Source: Candidatus Brocadiia bacterium
GTDB lineage: Bacteria > Planctomycetota > Brocadiia > CAIUPP01
DNA: 64,000 bases
NCBI GenBank assembly: GCA_050015075.1
Contig: JBEKCB010000005.1
Span: 96,001 to 160,000 of the forward strand
Direction of reading: 5' to 3'
A model generated the notes under the pieces. That model had not been told where the DNA came from, did no database searches, and saw only the letters and a list, made by a program, of their open reading frames with translations. Position numbers and translations under genes: made by a program. Of this stretch, positions 45,746-55,591 are shown piece after piece. Each line of letters opens with the position of its first letter. Position 1 is the first letter of the stretch.

Positions 45746-46366
45746 TCACTTGCCGCCGGCGTAGGCGGCGGCGAAGACTTTCTCCCAGGGCACGGGGATC
45801 GGCGTCGGCGGCGGACCGGCCGGCCGATCCGGCCCCGGCGCCTCCACGGCGAGGGGCGCTCGCCGCGCCGGTTTCGTTGCGCCTTCCGCAGGACGCATTC
45901 TGAGCGTTCCGCGCGCGGTCCTCACGGCCGCACCGGCCTGTCTCGAAATCGGATGGCGCGCCGCCTGGACAATCTCCGCCGGGACATATTCGCCGCTCTC
46001 GCCGGCCCATCGGATCGGCGTGGTCACCTCCTCGGAAGCCGCGAGCCGGCGGAGCCGCGCGCCGCGTTTTTCGAAAAGCTCGAAGCGGCAGGTGCGGTTC
46101 GGCGCCACAAGCAGATACCAGTTGTCCGCATCGGCGGGCGGCTCCAGGTCGTACGCGCGCTTCGCCGTCAAGTCGTAGACGCGGACCATCCGCGGATTGC
46201 CGGCCACGCGCACTTCGGTCTCGACGTCCCAGTAGAGGTAGATCTGCTCGGGAGAGCGGACGAGCGCGACGATGCGGTTCTCGGCGTTGGACCGCGGGAG
46301 CGGCTCGCCGCGGTCAATATACGGCGGACGCGGGGACGCTCTCTTCGCTCGAGTTCCCTTGGCCAT
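45746..46366 (-). CDS. DUF4912-like protein
   Basis: LPR...NRIVALVRSPEQIYLYWD, VRVYD, NWYL, SEEVTTP; usual neighbour of GH57 branching enzymes. Confidence 0.75.
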   Translation of the reverse strand: MAKGTRAKRASPRPPYIDRGEPLPRSNAENRIVALVRSPEQIYLYWDVETEVRVAGNPRMVRVYDLTAKRAYDLEPPADADNWYLLVAPNRTCRFELFEKRGARLRRLAASEEVTTPIRWAGESGEYVPAEIVQAARHPISRQAGAAVRTARGTLRMRPAEGATKPARRAPLAVEAPGPDRPAGPPPTPIPVPWEKVFAAAYAGGK

Positions 46367-46392
46367 CGGCGGTGTTCAGCCCTTCGCCAGCG

Positions 46393-47625
46393 TCAGGCGC
46401 GCCAGAATTCCTCGCCCCGCGGCACGCCTTTCGGAATCACGACGATCCCGCTGTCGGTCACGGTGAATTTTTTCCGGTCGGCCGCCAGGTCCGACCCGAC
46501 GCGGGCATGCGGCGGAATGACGACGCCCTTGTCCACAATGGCCCGCCGCACGTGGGCGTACGGGCCGACGACGACGTCGTCCATGAGGATGGATTCCTCG
46601 ACGTGGGCCTGCGCCTCGACGCGAACTCCCGGCGAGAGCACCGACCGCGCGACGTTGCCGCCGGCGATGATGCAGCCCTGCGAGACGATGGAATCCACGG
46701 CCGTTCCCCGCCGCCCGCCGGCCTCGTCGAACACGAACTTCGCCGGCGGCTGCTGCTTGAGGTTGGTGCGGATCGGCCAGTCGGTGTCGTAGAGATTGAA
46801 GAGCGGGTCCACCGCGACGAGGTCCATGTTCGCCTGGTAATAGGCGTCGAGCGTGCCGATGTCGCGCCAGTACTTGATCGCCTTGCGGTTCTCGTCGCGG
46901 AAGAGATAGGCATAGGTCGGCCGCTCGCGCATGACGCGCGGGAGGATGTCGCGGCCGAAATCGTGGGTGGAATCGCGCTTGGCGTCCTCGGTGACGAGTT
47001 GGACGAGCGCGTGGGTGGTAAAGGCGTAGATGCCCATGCTCGCCAGGCAGAGGTCCGGCCGGCCGGGCAGCGGCTTGGGGTTCGCCGGCTTCTCTTCGAA
47101 GCCGACGGTGCGCATTGTTTCGTCCACCGTCATCACGCCGAAACGCGGCCCTTCGGCGATGGGCACCTCGACGCACGCCACGGTGATGTCCGCCCGCGTG
47201 GCCTGGTGCTGGCTGAGCATCCGCAGGTAGTCCATCTTGTAGATGTGGTCGCCGGCGAGGATCAGGACGTACTCCGGGCGCTCCTGTTCGAGCGTGTAGA
47301 TGTTCTGGAAGATCGCGTCGGCGGTGCCCAGGTACCAGCGCTCGCCGATGCGCTGCTGCGGCGGCATGGGCACGATGAACTCGCCGATCTCCTCGTCGAA
47401 GCGCGTCCACGCCAGCCGAAGGTGGCGGTCGAGCGAGAAGGACTTGTACTGCGTCAGGACGTAGACGCGGCGCAGGCCGCTGTTGACGCAGTTGCTCAGG
47501 GTGAAGTCAATAATGCGATAGCAGCCGCCGAACGGGACCGCGGGCTTGGCGCGGTCGCGCGTGAGCGGATACAGGCGCTCGCCCTGCCCGCCGCCCAGGA
47601 CGATGACCAGCGTTTGTCTCGTCAC
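46393..47625 (-). CDS. glgC: Glucose-1-phosphate adenylyltransferase
   Basis: GGQGERLYPLTRDRAKPAVPFGG, GTADAIFQN, GDHIYKMDY, FEEKP, ASMGIY, YWRDIGT. Confidence 0.96.
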   Translation of the reverse strand: MTRQTLVIVLGGGQGERLYPLTRDRAKPAVPFGGCYRIIDFTLSNCVNSGLRRVYVLTQYKSFSLDRHLRLAWTRFDEEIGEFIVPMPPQQRIGERWYLGTADAIFQNIYTLEQERPEYVLILAGDHIYKMDYLRMLSQHQATRADITVACVEVPIAEGPRFGVMTVDETMRTVGFEEKPANPKPLPGRPDLCLASMGIYAFTTHALVQLVTEDAKRDSTHDFGRDILPRVMRERPTYAYLFRDENRKAIKYWRDIGTLDAYYQANMDLVAVDPLFNLYDTDWPIRTNLKQQPPAKFVFDEAGGRRGTAVDSIVSQGCIIAGGNVARSVLSPGVRVEAQAHVEESILMDDVVVGPYAHVRRAIVDKGVVIPPHARVGSDLAADRKKFTVTDSGIVVIPKGVPRGEEFWRA

Positions 47626-47635
47626 GATGCGCTCC

Positions 47636-48019
47636 TCACGCTCCGGCCGGGGCGGCCGGGCGACTGCGCGATTCCAACACCCTCTTGATCGTGTCCTTGA
47701 GTTCCGTCAGGTCGGAGGACTTCACGACGTAGGCGTCGGCCGACCAGGAGCGGAAACTTTCCCGGTAGGTCGCGTAAGCCGTATTCAGGATGATCGGCAG
47801 CTTGTGGTCCTTGGCGAGCATGCGGCTCATCGCCTCGATGCCGTCAATCCCGGGCATGCTGACATCCATCACCACCAGGTCCGGCCGGGCCTTCTCGACC
47901 ACCTCGAGGGCCTCGCGGCCGTCATGCGCGGTGATGACGTCGTAGCCGGCGCTGCGGATTTCATTCGCGTAGAGCAGGCACTGGTTCGGGTCGTCTTCCA
48001 CGACCAGGATGGTCGTCAA
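47636..48019 (-). CDS. Single-domain response regulator (receiver)
   Basis: ILVVEDD, PDLVVMDVSMPGIDG, NTAY, ADAYVVKS; TTG start after AAAGGAG. Confidence 0.9.
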   Translation of the reverse strand: MTTILVVEDDPNQCLLYANEIRSAGYDVITAHDGREALEVVEKARPDLVVMDVSMPGIDGIEAMSRMLAKDHKLPIILNTAYATYRESFRSWSADAYVVKSSDLTELKDTIKRVLESRSRPAAPAGA

Positions 48020-48038
48020 CGGGAGATCTCCTTTCGCG

Positions 48039-49079
48039 TCAACTCGACGCCGCGACTCTGCCGCCGGAGGCCGAACGTCCGAGCTTGCTGGCCTCGCGGA
48101 GGAAGGCCGCGGCGCTCTCCGGAAGCACCGGGTTGATATAACATCCGGTCCCCCATTCGAAACCGGCGATCTTCGTGATGCACGGGATGATCTCGATGTG
48201 CCAGTGGAAGTAATCGGCGGATTTTTCGCCGAGCGGCGAGGTGTGGATGAGATAGTTGTACGCGGGCGTCTCGAGGGCCTGGTCGAGCCGGTTGAGCACG
48301 GTGCGCAGCGCCGAGGCGATGTCGCCGAGCGCCTCGGCCGGGTGGTCCTCGAAGTGCGGCACGTGCCGCGTCGGCAGGAGCCACGTCTCGAACGGGAACC
48401 GCGAGGCATAGGGCGCGATCGCGATGCAGTGCCGGCCGACGTGGATGACGCGCTCGCCCTTGGCGACCTCGCGGTCAATCATGTTGCAGAAAAGGCACGC
48501 GCCGGCCGCCTCGTTGAATTGCCGCGCGTGGCGCACCTCGGTGCGGACGGTCTCCGGCACCACCGGCATGCCGATCATCTGCGAATGCGAATGCTCCACC
48601 GTGGCGCCGGCCGCCGAGCCGACGTTCTTGAAAATCATGCCGTACAGGAACCGGCTGTCCTGCCGCACGCTCGCGAGGCGCTGCTGGTAGATGCGCAGCA
48701 CGTCCGTGACGCCCGCGTCGTCCATCTCGTTGAGCGACAGGATGTGCCGCTGGCTTTCGATGATGACTTCGTGGATGCCGAATCCGGTCATGCCCCGGCA
48801 GGCCGCGTCGCCGACGATCTCGATCGGCGCGTCGGGCCGCAGCGCGGGGAACCGGTTCGGGACGACGCGCACCCGCCAGCCCGGACGGTTCGCCTGCTGC
48901 GGATCGCTGCGCATCGCGGCGACCTCCGGCGGCGTCTTGTCCTCGTGCCCTTCGCAGAAGGGGCAGAACCCGCCCACGCTGTAACGCCGTTCGACAGGAA
49001 AGTCCGTCGGCCGCGCCGCCCGCTCGGGGGCGATGATGACCCATCGGCCGGAAACGCGGTCTCTTCGGAACTCTGACAT
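48039..49079 (-). CDS. galT: Galactose-1-phosphate uridylyltransferase family (HIT-like)
   Basis: WVIIAPERAARP, CPFCEG, VVPNRFPAL, HEVIIES, AGATVEHSHSQ, AGFEWGTG. Confidence 0.92.
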   Translation of the reverse strand: MSEFRRDRVSGRWVIIAPERAARPTDFPVERRYSVGGFCPFCEGHEDKTPPEVAAMRSDPQQANRPGWRVRVVPNRFPALRPDAPIEIVGDAACRGMTGFGIHEVIIESQRHILSLNEMDDAGVTDVLRIYQQRLASVRQDSRFLYGMIFKNVGSAAGATVEHSHSQMIGMPVVPETVRTEVRHARQFNEAAGACLFCNMIDREVAKGERVIHVGRHCIAIAPYASRFPFETWLLPTRHVPHFEDHPAEALGDIASALRTVLNRLDQALETPAYNYLIHTSPLGEKSADYFHWHIEIIPCITKIAGFEWGTGCYINPVLPESAAAFLREASKLGRSASGGRVAASS

Positions 49080-49142
49080 GGTGGTGCGAGCCTGCCCGAA
49101 AACCCCTTCTGCCGCATGATCGTGCCGGCATGCACGCCTGCC

Positions 49143-50159
49143 CTATCTTACAGATTCTCGCCGCCGAGTCAACCCTCTCCGGCGCTCCGGCATCTGGCGC
49201 AGCGTCACCGTCGAGGGATGGAAAATGCGCGTCACGCCCTCGTCGAGCCGGACGATCAAGCCGTCCTCCAGCGAAAGGTCGAGCACGCGGCCCCGGAACT
49301 CGCGGCCGCTTTCGAGCAGCAGCACCCGCTCGCCCAGCGTCGAGGAAATCCGCCGCCAGCGCCGGGCGATGTGGCCGTACTCGCCCAGGCGCAGGTCGCC
49401 GTACCAGCGGTCCAGCGACGCCAGCAGCACGCGGGCCAGGTCGTTGCGCTCCGGCGGCGTTCCCGTTTCGGCCGCCAGCGAGGTCGCCATCTCGCGGATC
49501 TCCGGCGGGAATTCCCTCGCGCGCACGCGCACGTTCACGCCGATGCCCAGCACGAACGCCGACCCGGTCGCCAGCGAGCGCCCTTCCACGAGAAGGCCCG
49601 CCACTTTCCGGTCGCGGACGGTGATGTCGTTCGGCCACCGGATGCGCGCGGGGAGCCCCAGCCGTTCCTGCAGCGCCTCCGCGACCGCCACGGCCGAAAC
49701 GATGGTGAGCAGGTGGCTTTGCCGCACTTCGAGTTCCGGCCGCAGCACAATGGAGAAGAGCAGGCCCGACCGCGGCGGAGAAAACCACCGCCGGCCCATT
49801 CGGCCGCGGCCGGCGGTCTGTTCCTCGGCGAAGATCGCCGTGCCTTCGGGAGCGCCCGAAAGCGCCTCCTGCCAGGCGGCGTCGTTCGTCGAGGCGACGC
49901 GCTCGAGCACCGTCACCTGCCGGCCGATGACCTTCGTCTTGAGACCGCGCGTGATCTCGTGCGCAATCAACCGGCCGCCGCAACCGGCGAACCGGATCTT
50001 GCCGCCGCGCCGCCGACCGATGACGTAGCCGTCCGCGCGCAGTTCCTCCACGGCGCGCTCCACCTCGGCCGGTTCGCCCAGCGTCTCCGCGGCGAGGTCC
50101 GCCGGGGCGGTCCATTCGCCGGTCCGCTTCCGCAGCGCCTCGCATACAGCCCACTTCAC
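49143..50159 (-). CDS. birA: Biotin-[acetyl-CoA carboxylase] ligase with N-terminal HTH
   Basis: STND, AEEQTAGRGRMGRRW, IRWPND, KVAGLLVE, GIGVNV. Confidence 0.93.
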   Translation of the reverse strand: MKWAVCEALRKRTGEWTAPADLAAETLGEPAEVERAVEELRADGYVIGRRRGGKIRFAGCGGRLIAHEITRGLKTKVIGRQVTVLERVASTNDAAWQEALSGAPEGTAIFAEEQTAGRGRMGRRWFSPPRSGLLFSIVLRPELEVRQSHLLTIVSAVAVAEALQERLGLPARIRWPNDITVRDRKVAGLLVEGRSLATGSAFVLGIGVNVRVRAREFPPEIREMATSLAAETGTPPERNDLARVLLASLDRWYGDLRLGEYGHIARRWRRISSTLGERVLLLESGREFRGRVLDLSLEDGLIVRLDEGVTRIFHPSTVTLRQMPERRRGLTRRRESVR

Positions 50160-50205
50160 GGCGCGCGTCCCCTTTCCGATCGCGGCGAGTGTTTCCGCGC
50201 GGCCG

Positions 50206-51198
50206 TCACATTCCCGGCGCCCACAGGTACAGGAACGTCGGTCCGCGGCGCAGCAGCAGCATGTTCAGTCCTTCTTCGAGCAGCAGCCCCGTGCCCGCCT
50301 GGGCGTAAATGTTCGAGTTGTAACTGGCGGTAGAGCGGTAGAGGATCACGTCGGCGGACTCGATCTTCGCCAGGCCGCACGCCGCCTGGATGGCGTCGCG
50401 CAGATAACCGACGCGGTCCACCAGGCGCAACTGGAGCGCCTCCTGCGCGCCCATGACGCGGCCGTCGGAAACGATCTTCAACTGCTGCTCGTCCATCGCC
50501 GGACGCCGCTCGCGCACCTTGGCCAGGAACTGGTCGAAGAGCGCGCGGTTAAGCCCTTGAAGGATTTCGCGTTCCTCCGGCGTCATCGGGCGCGTGGGCG
50601 AACCGATGTCCTTCTTCTCGCCGGACTTGATGACCACCGGCTCGAGGCCGAGCTTGCCGTACAGCTTCTCCATATTGATGAGGTCCATGATGACGCCGAC
50701 CGAACCGGTGATGGTGGTCGGCGAGGCCACGATGCAGTCGGCCGAAAGCGCGGTGTAATAGCCGCCGGAAGCCGCGGTGCCCATGAGCGCGGCGACGACC
50801 GGCTTGCCGCTGGTCTCCTTGAAACGCAGCACTTCCTGGTAGATCGTGTCGCTGGCGGAAGCCTCGCCGCCGGGGCTGTTGATCCGCAGCACGATGGCGC
50901 GCACGCGGGAGTCCGCCGCCGCCAGTTGAAGTTTCTGCTGCACGTCGGCGACGCTCGTGCCGCCGAGCAGCGTCCAGAAGCCCGCTTCCGAGGCGATGAA
51001 TCCGCTGACCTCGATCAGCGCGATGCGGTTCGTCTCCGTCCAGTGCCCGGACTTCTCCACGATGACGCGTTCGAGTCCCTCCTGCGGGAACGGGCCGACG
51101 TTGATGCACCCGGCGAGCGCGAGCGCCAGCAACGCGCCCGCCGCGCCGGCGCGCGCCGATTTCCACAGCGACACTCTTCGCACCCTTCGTTGTTCCAT
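50206..51198 (-). CDS. sppA: Signal peptide peptidase SppA (S49), lipoprotein
   Basis: Lipobox LAGC; LRINSPGG, AASGGYY, TGSVGV, IKSGEKKD, DGRV. Confidence 0.92.
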   Translation of the reverse strand: MEQRRVRRVSLWKSARAGAAGALLALALAGCINVGPFPQEGLERVIVEKSGHWTETNRIALIEVSGFIASEAGFWTLLGGTSVADVQQKLQLAAADSRVRAIVLRINSPGGEASASDTIYQEVLRFKETSGKPVVAALMGTAASGGYYTALSADCIVASPTTITGSVGVIMDLINMEKLYGKLGLEPVVIKSGEKKDIGSPTRPMTPEEREILQGLNRALFDQFLAKVRERRPAMDEQQLKIVSDGRVMGAQEALQLRLVDRVGYLRDAIQAACGLAKIESADVILYRSTASYNSNIYAQAGTGLLLEEGLNMLLLRRGPTFLYLWAPGM

Positions 51199-51383
51199 GA
51201 TCTTCCCTTTCATCGGAGATCTGCGTTCGGACCGGATTTCTCGGAACGGTCGAGTCGTTTCCCATAGACTGGCAAAAAACCGCCGCCGGCGCAAGCGCCC
51301 TTCCATCGCTGAACCCTGCGCGAAAGCCATTTTACATTTCCGTGCGGAGATTTTACATTGATTCCCGGCATGGAGGGTGTCGC

Positions 51384-53060
51384 TTGTCGAAAGCCAGGAC
51401 GGGCTCGAGCGGGTTCGCGGCCATCGCGGCGGTGCTGTTCCTCGCGGCGGGCTTGCGCGGGGCGATCCTCTTCGCGGGGCATCGCGGCCTGCGGAGCGAC
51501 GAGGCGGTCGTCGGGCTGATGGCCAAGCACATCTTCACGCGCGGCGAGACGCCGGTGTTCCTCTACGGCCAGGCGTATGGCGGCGGCCACGCGATGGCCG
51601 CCTACCTGGCCGCGCCGCTCTTCGCGGCGTTCGGGCGCTCAGCGGTGCTGCTCGACGGCGTTTCCATGGCGCTCTCGCTCGTAAGCGTCTGGCTCGTCTG
51701 GCTCATCGTGAGGCGCCACGTCGGCGATGCGGCGGCGGTCCTCGCGGCGGCGCTCTACGCGTTCTCTCCGCCTGTGGTCTACCAGTCCTATCTCGTCAAC
51801 GGCGGTACCGAGGCGTTTCTCCTGGCGCTCGTGGCGCTCCACTTCTTCCTGCGGTCGTACGCGGGCGAGGAACCGGACCCGGGCGGACAGTTCCTGGCCG
51901 GGCTCTTCGCCGGGCTGGCGTACTGGGCGATGGACTACACGCTGCTCTACCCGGTGGTCTTCGCGCTGCTGTGGCTGGCGCGCGGATCGGCGGGGCGATG
52001 GCGCGCGCTGGGGCGGCTGGCAGGCGGGTTCCTGGTCGGCTGCCTGCCGCTGGTGGCGTACAACGCGGCGCATGATTTCGAGCACTTCCGGCAGATGTAT
52101 GCGCCGGCGGCGGGGGCCAGCGTCGGGTTCCTGGTGCATTTCTTCGGCGCACTCCGGGGCGTTTTTTCCGGGGACCTCGCGGCATTCTTCGGCGGCGACA
52201 TAGACGATGTCCACACGGCCGGCCCGGCGGCGTGGGTCCATGCGGCCGCCGCGATGCTCGCCGTGGCGATCCTGATCTATCGGCACCGCGCGGCGATCGC
52301 GCGCTTCCTCAAGTCGCGGCAAGTGCCGGTGACGCTGCTGCCGGCCGTCTTCGTGATCGTGTACCTGGGCATGTACGGCGTCGCAAAATTCTCGCTGCCG
52401 GAACTCCGCACGCCGCGCTACCTGCTGCCGCTCTGCCCGTTCGTCAGCATCGCCATCGCAATCGTGGTCGCGGGCTGGACGGGCGCGCGCAGGTGGGCCG
52501 GCCTGGCGGTGATCGCTTTTCTCGTGGCGGCCGGCGCGGCGGAGTCGCTTCAGATCGGGATGCGCCCCTGGCACGAGGAACACCGGATCAGGACCTCCGG
52601 CATCGAGATGGCAAAGCTGGCCGCGGCGGTCGAGGAGCGCGGCATCCGCGTCGCGCTTGCGCCTTACGAGATTCAGTGGCGGCTGATGTTCGCGACGGAC
52701 GAAAGGGTGACGGTCTCTTCCGTCTGGATCAGTCCCGGGCCGGCGCTGGGCCAGACCTCACGCTATCAACCTTACGACGACGCGGTGGTGAAGATGGTCC
52801 GCGAGGGCAAGAAATTCGCTTTCATTTTCCGGCGCGATTTCGGTTTTGCGGAGTGGGCGGCGCGCGGACGCTCCGGCGGCATCACGCGCGATATCTGGCG
52901 GGACGCCTGCCGAAGAGCGGGAATTTCGCCGGCGGGAATTCCGGTCGGCGAGGAGTTCGTGATCTTCTATCCTCTGGACTTGTCTTTCATGCAGGCGCTC
53001 TTGAAGGCCCAGGAAGCAGCCGCCCCGGCGTCCGCGCCGGGCGCCGCATCGGGCCGGTGA
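51384..53060 (+). CDS. GT-C fold membrane glycosyltransferase (ArnT/PMT-like)
   Basis: SDEAVVGLMAKHI after TM1, multiple TM segments, PRYLLP; start uncertain (51342 or 51384). Confidence 0.8.
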   Translation: MSKARTGSSGFAAIAAVLFLAAGLRGAILFAGHRGLRSDEAVVGLMAKHIFTRGETPVFLYGQAYGGGHAMAAYLAAPLFAAFGRSAVLLDGVSMALSLVSVWLVWLIVRRHVGDAAAVLAAALYAFSPPVVYQSYLVNGGTEAFLLALVALHFFLRSYAGEEPDPGGQFLAGLFAGLAYWAMDYTLLYPVVFALLWLARGSAGRWRALGRLAGGFLVGCLPLVAYNAAHDFEHFRQMYAPAAGASVGFLVHFFGALRGVFSGDLAAFFGGDIDDVHTAGPAAWVHAAAAMLAVAILIYRHRAAIARFLKSRQVPVTLLPAVFVIVYLGMYGVAKFSLPELRTPRYLLPLCPFVSIAIAIVVAGWTGARRWAGLAVIAFLVAAGAAESLQIGMRPWHEEHRIRTSGIEMAKLAAAVEERGIRVALAPYEIQWRLMFATDERVTVSSVWISPGPALGQTSRYQPYDDAVVKMVREGKKFAFIFRRDFGFAEWAARGRSGGITRDIWRDACRRAGISPAGIPVGEEFVIFYPLDLSFMQALLKAQEAAAPASAPGAASGR

Positions 53061-53111
53061 GACCCTGAGAGAGCGGCGTCGTTCGGGGCAAACACGCCAC
53101 ACGGAGCCAGT

Positions 53112-54581
53112 CTATTTCCAAGTCGTTTCGGCCGGCGGAGTTTTCTCTCCATTCGGGCCCGCTGGAATATCATTGCGGTACTTCTGCCACATTTCCATCA
53201 CGAACGGATCCCAGGTCTGTCTTTGCCATGCCCAGTCCAAATAGGTCAGTCCGGTAGCAGGATAAGGAGGGAATTTCGTCTGCGCCTGGATGGTTTTCAT
53301 GAATTGCGTATCGTCTTCCGTCATCCAGCGATCCACATAACTGAAAAATGCATCGTGGTCCCAATATTTTTCCGCGTGCATAAGCCTGGCCGCCAATGCC
53401 TCGCCCACCCAGGCAAGACTCGTGCAACTGCGGCGATAAGCCTCGTTCATGCCGGGCTCCTCCGGATCGATCGGCCAGTCTTTGGGCTGAAGATCTTCAT
53501 ACTGGCCCCAACCGGGAGTCGTCTTATTCATATTAATCCCGTTTTTGTCAACGCCTTGATGCCCGGCATAAACCACGTTCGCCCCGGTCCAGGAGCGTTT
53601 GAACAAGGTCTGCATATCCTCTCCAAACTGGCACTGGGGATAGGTCTTGCTCGGTGAGGCCATTTCGTCATCGCCCAGCATGATCCCGGCGAACACAATC
53701 GGCCATTTCCTTCCCGTCCCATGCCCGCCGAAACCTTGCCATCCGTGAAAACCGGCTCGCACGATTCCCCACAGATCAATTCCGTTCTGCACGAAACCGA
53801 TCAGGAGCTTCTCTTTTCTCGCCGGCGGCAGATCGGTCATTAAGATCAAGCTGGCCAGGCCGGCGGACCTGCCCAGCTCTCTTCCATACTGCGGCTGGTA
53901 TTCCGCCGGGGCGTCAAAGGAAAAGAAAACCAGATCGAGCCAGACGCGGATGTAATGATCTTCAAACTCTTTCAGCATCAGCGCGCCCTGGTCGGTATCG
54001 AAAGTGTCTTTGCCATAAGACAAGCTGGGCAAAAGGTTCCTCTTTAGATTGCCGGCCAGATAGATTTTCTGGGACCGGTCGCAATAGGACGGGCGGAAGG
54101 CGTCCGCCGGCACCGCCGCAGCGAGGCAGGTGAGCACGCAGGCGCTCTTCACCGGGCAGCCTGATTTATCGCTCCTCCGAAGCCAATTCGGTATAGTCCC
54201 GAATTCCTTATCGCTGGCGCTGATCGTGGAGATCAGCGCGTCGCCCGGCTTCATGTGGATCGGCAATGGGGTGGACATCTTGGGGTCATAGCGTCCCGCC
54301 GGTTCGCGGCTGTCGTATCCGCTGTAACCGTCATTCAGCGGCGGATTCAACTCGCTTCCATTTCGCCCGTTGCCCGGCGGAGGAGTGATCGAGACCACTT
54401 CGCAGTCGCCCACGACATAGTAGTCTCCGGTGACAAACCGTCCGACCTCGGCCGGTTCACTGAGTTTCCACGTGATCCCGTATTGCGTGACGGTATCGGT
54501 CTTCTCGGCTCGAGCATTCCGAGCGAACATGCCCAGGAGAACGGCCCCAACGATCAGACAAGCTTTCTTGGACGAGTGCAT
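53112..54581 (-). CDS. Secreted hypothetical protein, AT-richer than its surroundings
   Basis: Signal peptide ending ARA; 489 aa; TQYGITW, GRFVTGDYYVVG, AFRPSY, GGHGTGRKWPI, FFSYVDRWM. Confidence 0.75.
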   Translation of the reverse strand: MHSSKKACLIVGAVLLGMFARNARAEKTDTVTQYGITWKLSEPAEVGRFVTGDYYVVGDCEVVSITPPPGNGRNGSELNPPLNDGYSGYDSREPAGRYDPKMSTPLPIHMKPGDALISTISASDKEFGTIPNWLRRSDKSGCPVKSACVLTCLAAAVPADAFRPSYCDRSQKIYLAGNLKRNLLPSLSYGKDTFDTDQGALMLKEFEDHYIRVWLDLVFFSFDAPAEYQPQYGRELGRSAGLASLILMTDLPPARKEKLLIGFVQNGIDLWGIVRAGFHGWQGFGGHGTGRKWPIVFAGIMLGDDEMASPSKTYPQCQFGEDMQTLFKRSWTGANVVYAGHQGVDKNGINMNKTTPGWGQYEDLQPKDWPIDPEEPGMNEAYRRSCTSLAWVGEALAARLMHAEKYWDHDAFFSYVDRWMTEDDTQFMKTIQAQTKFPPYPATGLTYLDWAWQRQTWDPFVMEMWQKYRNDIPAGPNGEKTPPAETTWK

Positions 54582-54644
54582 TTTTTACCTCCCGTTGGCG
54601 TCCCAGGCTAATCGCACAATACGCACACTCGGCGCCGTGAATAG

Positions 54645-54680
54645 AAAGGGGCGCGCGCCTTGAATGGCCCGCGCCCCTTC
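54645..54680 (-). terminator. Probable intrinsic terminator after the OmpA/MotB-family gene
   Basis: aaggggcgcg...cgcgcccctt stem followed on the minus strand by TTTCTATT. Confidence 0.6.
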
Positions 54681-54698
54681 CGCAAGGACTGGCACGAC

Positions 54699-55493
54699 TT
54701 ACTTCGGCGTCATCGGCTCGGCGGATTTCGACGGCTTCGGCGCGCGGCCGGCGGGTTTCGGCGTCGTCCCCTCGGGGATTTCGCGCGGGTTCACGGTGTC
54801 CTTCAGCAGGATGATCTCCGCGCGGCGCGACTTGGCCTTGTCTTCCGTGCCGGAGGCGCCGGACACCAACGCGTACTGGCCGTAACCTTCGAAGTGCAAG
54901 CGCGCCGACGGGATGCCGGCTTTCTCGAGGAACTCCAGCACCGCGAGCGCGCGGTGCCCGGAGAGATCGAAGTTGTCCTCCCACTTGCCCTTGGTTTTCT
55001 TGATCGGATCCGAATCGGTGAAGCCGCGGATCGCGAGCTTGTTCGGCTTGTCGCGCACCAGTTCGGCCACCTGCTTGAGGACCTTCTCGCCGCTGGATTT
55101 CAACTTGGCTTCGCCGGAGGCGAAGAGGACGTCGCCCTTCACGCGGATGCCCACATCGCCGCTCGGCGTCGTGAACGTCTCCACGTTCTCGCCCAGTTCC
55201 GGCCCGCCCTTGCTGATGCCCCGCTGCAGGTTCTCGAGGTTCGCCTTCAGCGCCGTCAGCAGCTCGCCTTTATCCTGTAACTGCGTCTTGAGGAAATCGT
55301 TCTCCTGCGTGAGCGAGACCTTGTCATTCGTCAGCGAGCTGATAATGACCGACTGGTCCTGATTCAAACGTTTCAGCGTGTTGTACTCATCGTACTCGGA
55401 GGGCGTCAGCCACCGTCCCGTGGACCGGCAACCGGAAAACGCCACGACGCTCCCGACCACCAACAGGCACGCCCCCCACCGCAGGCTCTTCAT
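54699..55493 (-). CDS. OmpA/MotB C-terminal-domain lipoprotein with coiled coil
   Basis: Lipobox FSGC; VLFASGEAKL, IRGFTDSDPI, NFDLSGHRALAV, EGYG, SRRAEI. Confidence 0.88.
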   Translation of the reverse strand: MKSLRWGACLLVVGSVVAFSGCRSTGRWLTPSEYDEYNTLKRLNQDQSVIISSLTNDKVSLTQENDFLKTQLQDKGELLTALKANLENLQRGISKGGPELGENVETFTTPSGDVGIRVKGDVLFASGEAKLKSSGEKVLKQVAELVRDKPNKLAIRGFTDSDPIKKTKGKWEDNFDLSGHRALAVLEFLEKAGIPSARLHFEGYGQYALVSGASGTEDKAKSRRAEIILLKDTVNPREIPEGTTPKPAGRAPKPSKSAEPMTPK

Positions 55494-55591
55494 CAGACAC
55501 TCCTTTCGCTGACCCAGGTCAAAAAAACACGGACTCGTTTCTGTCCAACGGCGTTTATTTCCGCCAGGCGCTCCATGCGCCTTGATTCATT

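Noticed and set aside
47636-48478. 280-aa response regulator with a long N-terminal extension
   Set aside because: The extension overlaps galT out of frame; AAAGGAG plus TTG at 48019 gives a normal receiver-only protein.
54699-55493. Flagellar motB
   Set aside because: It has a lipobox rather than the MotB TM motif with the conserved Asp, and there are no motA or flagellar genes nearby.
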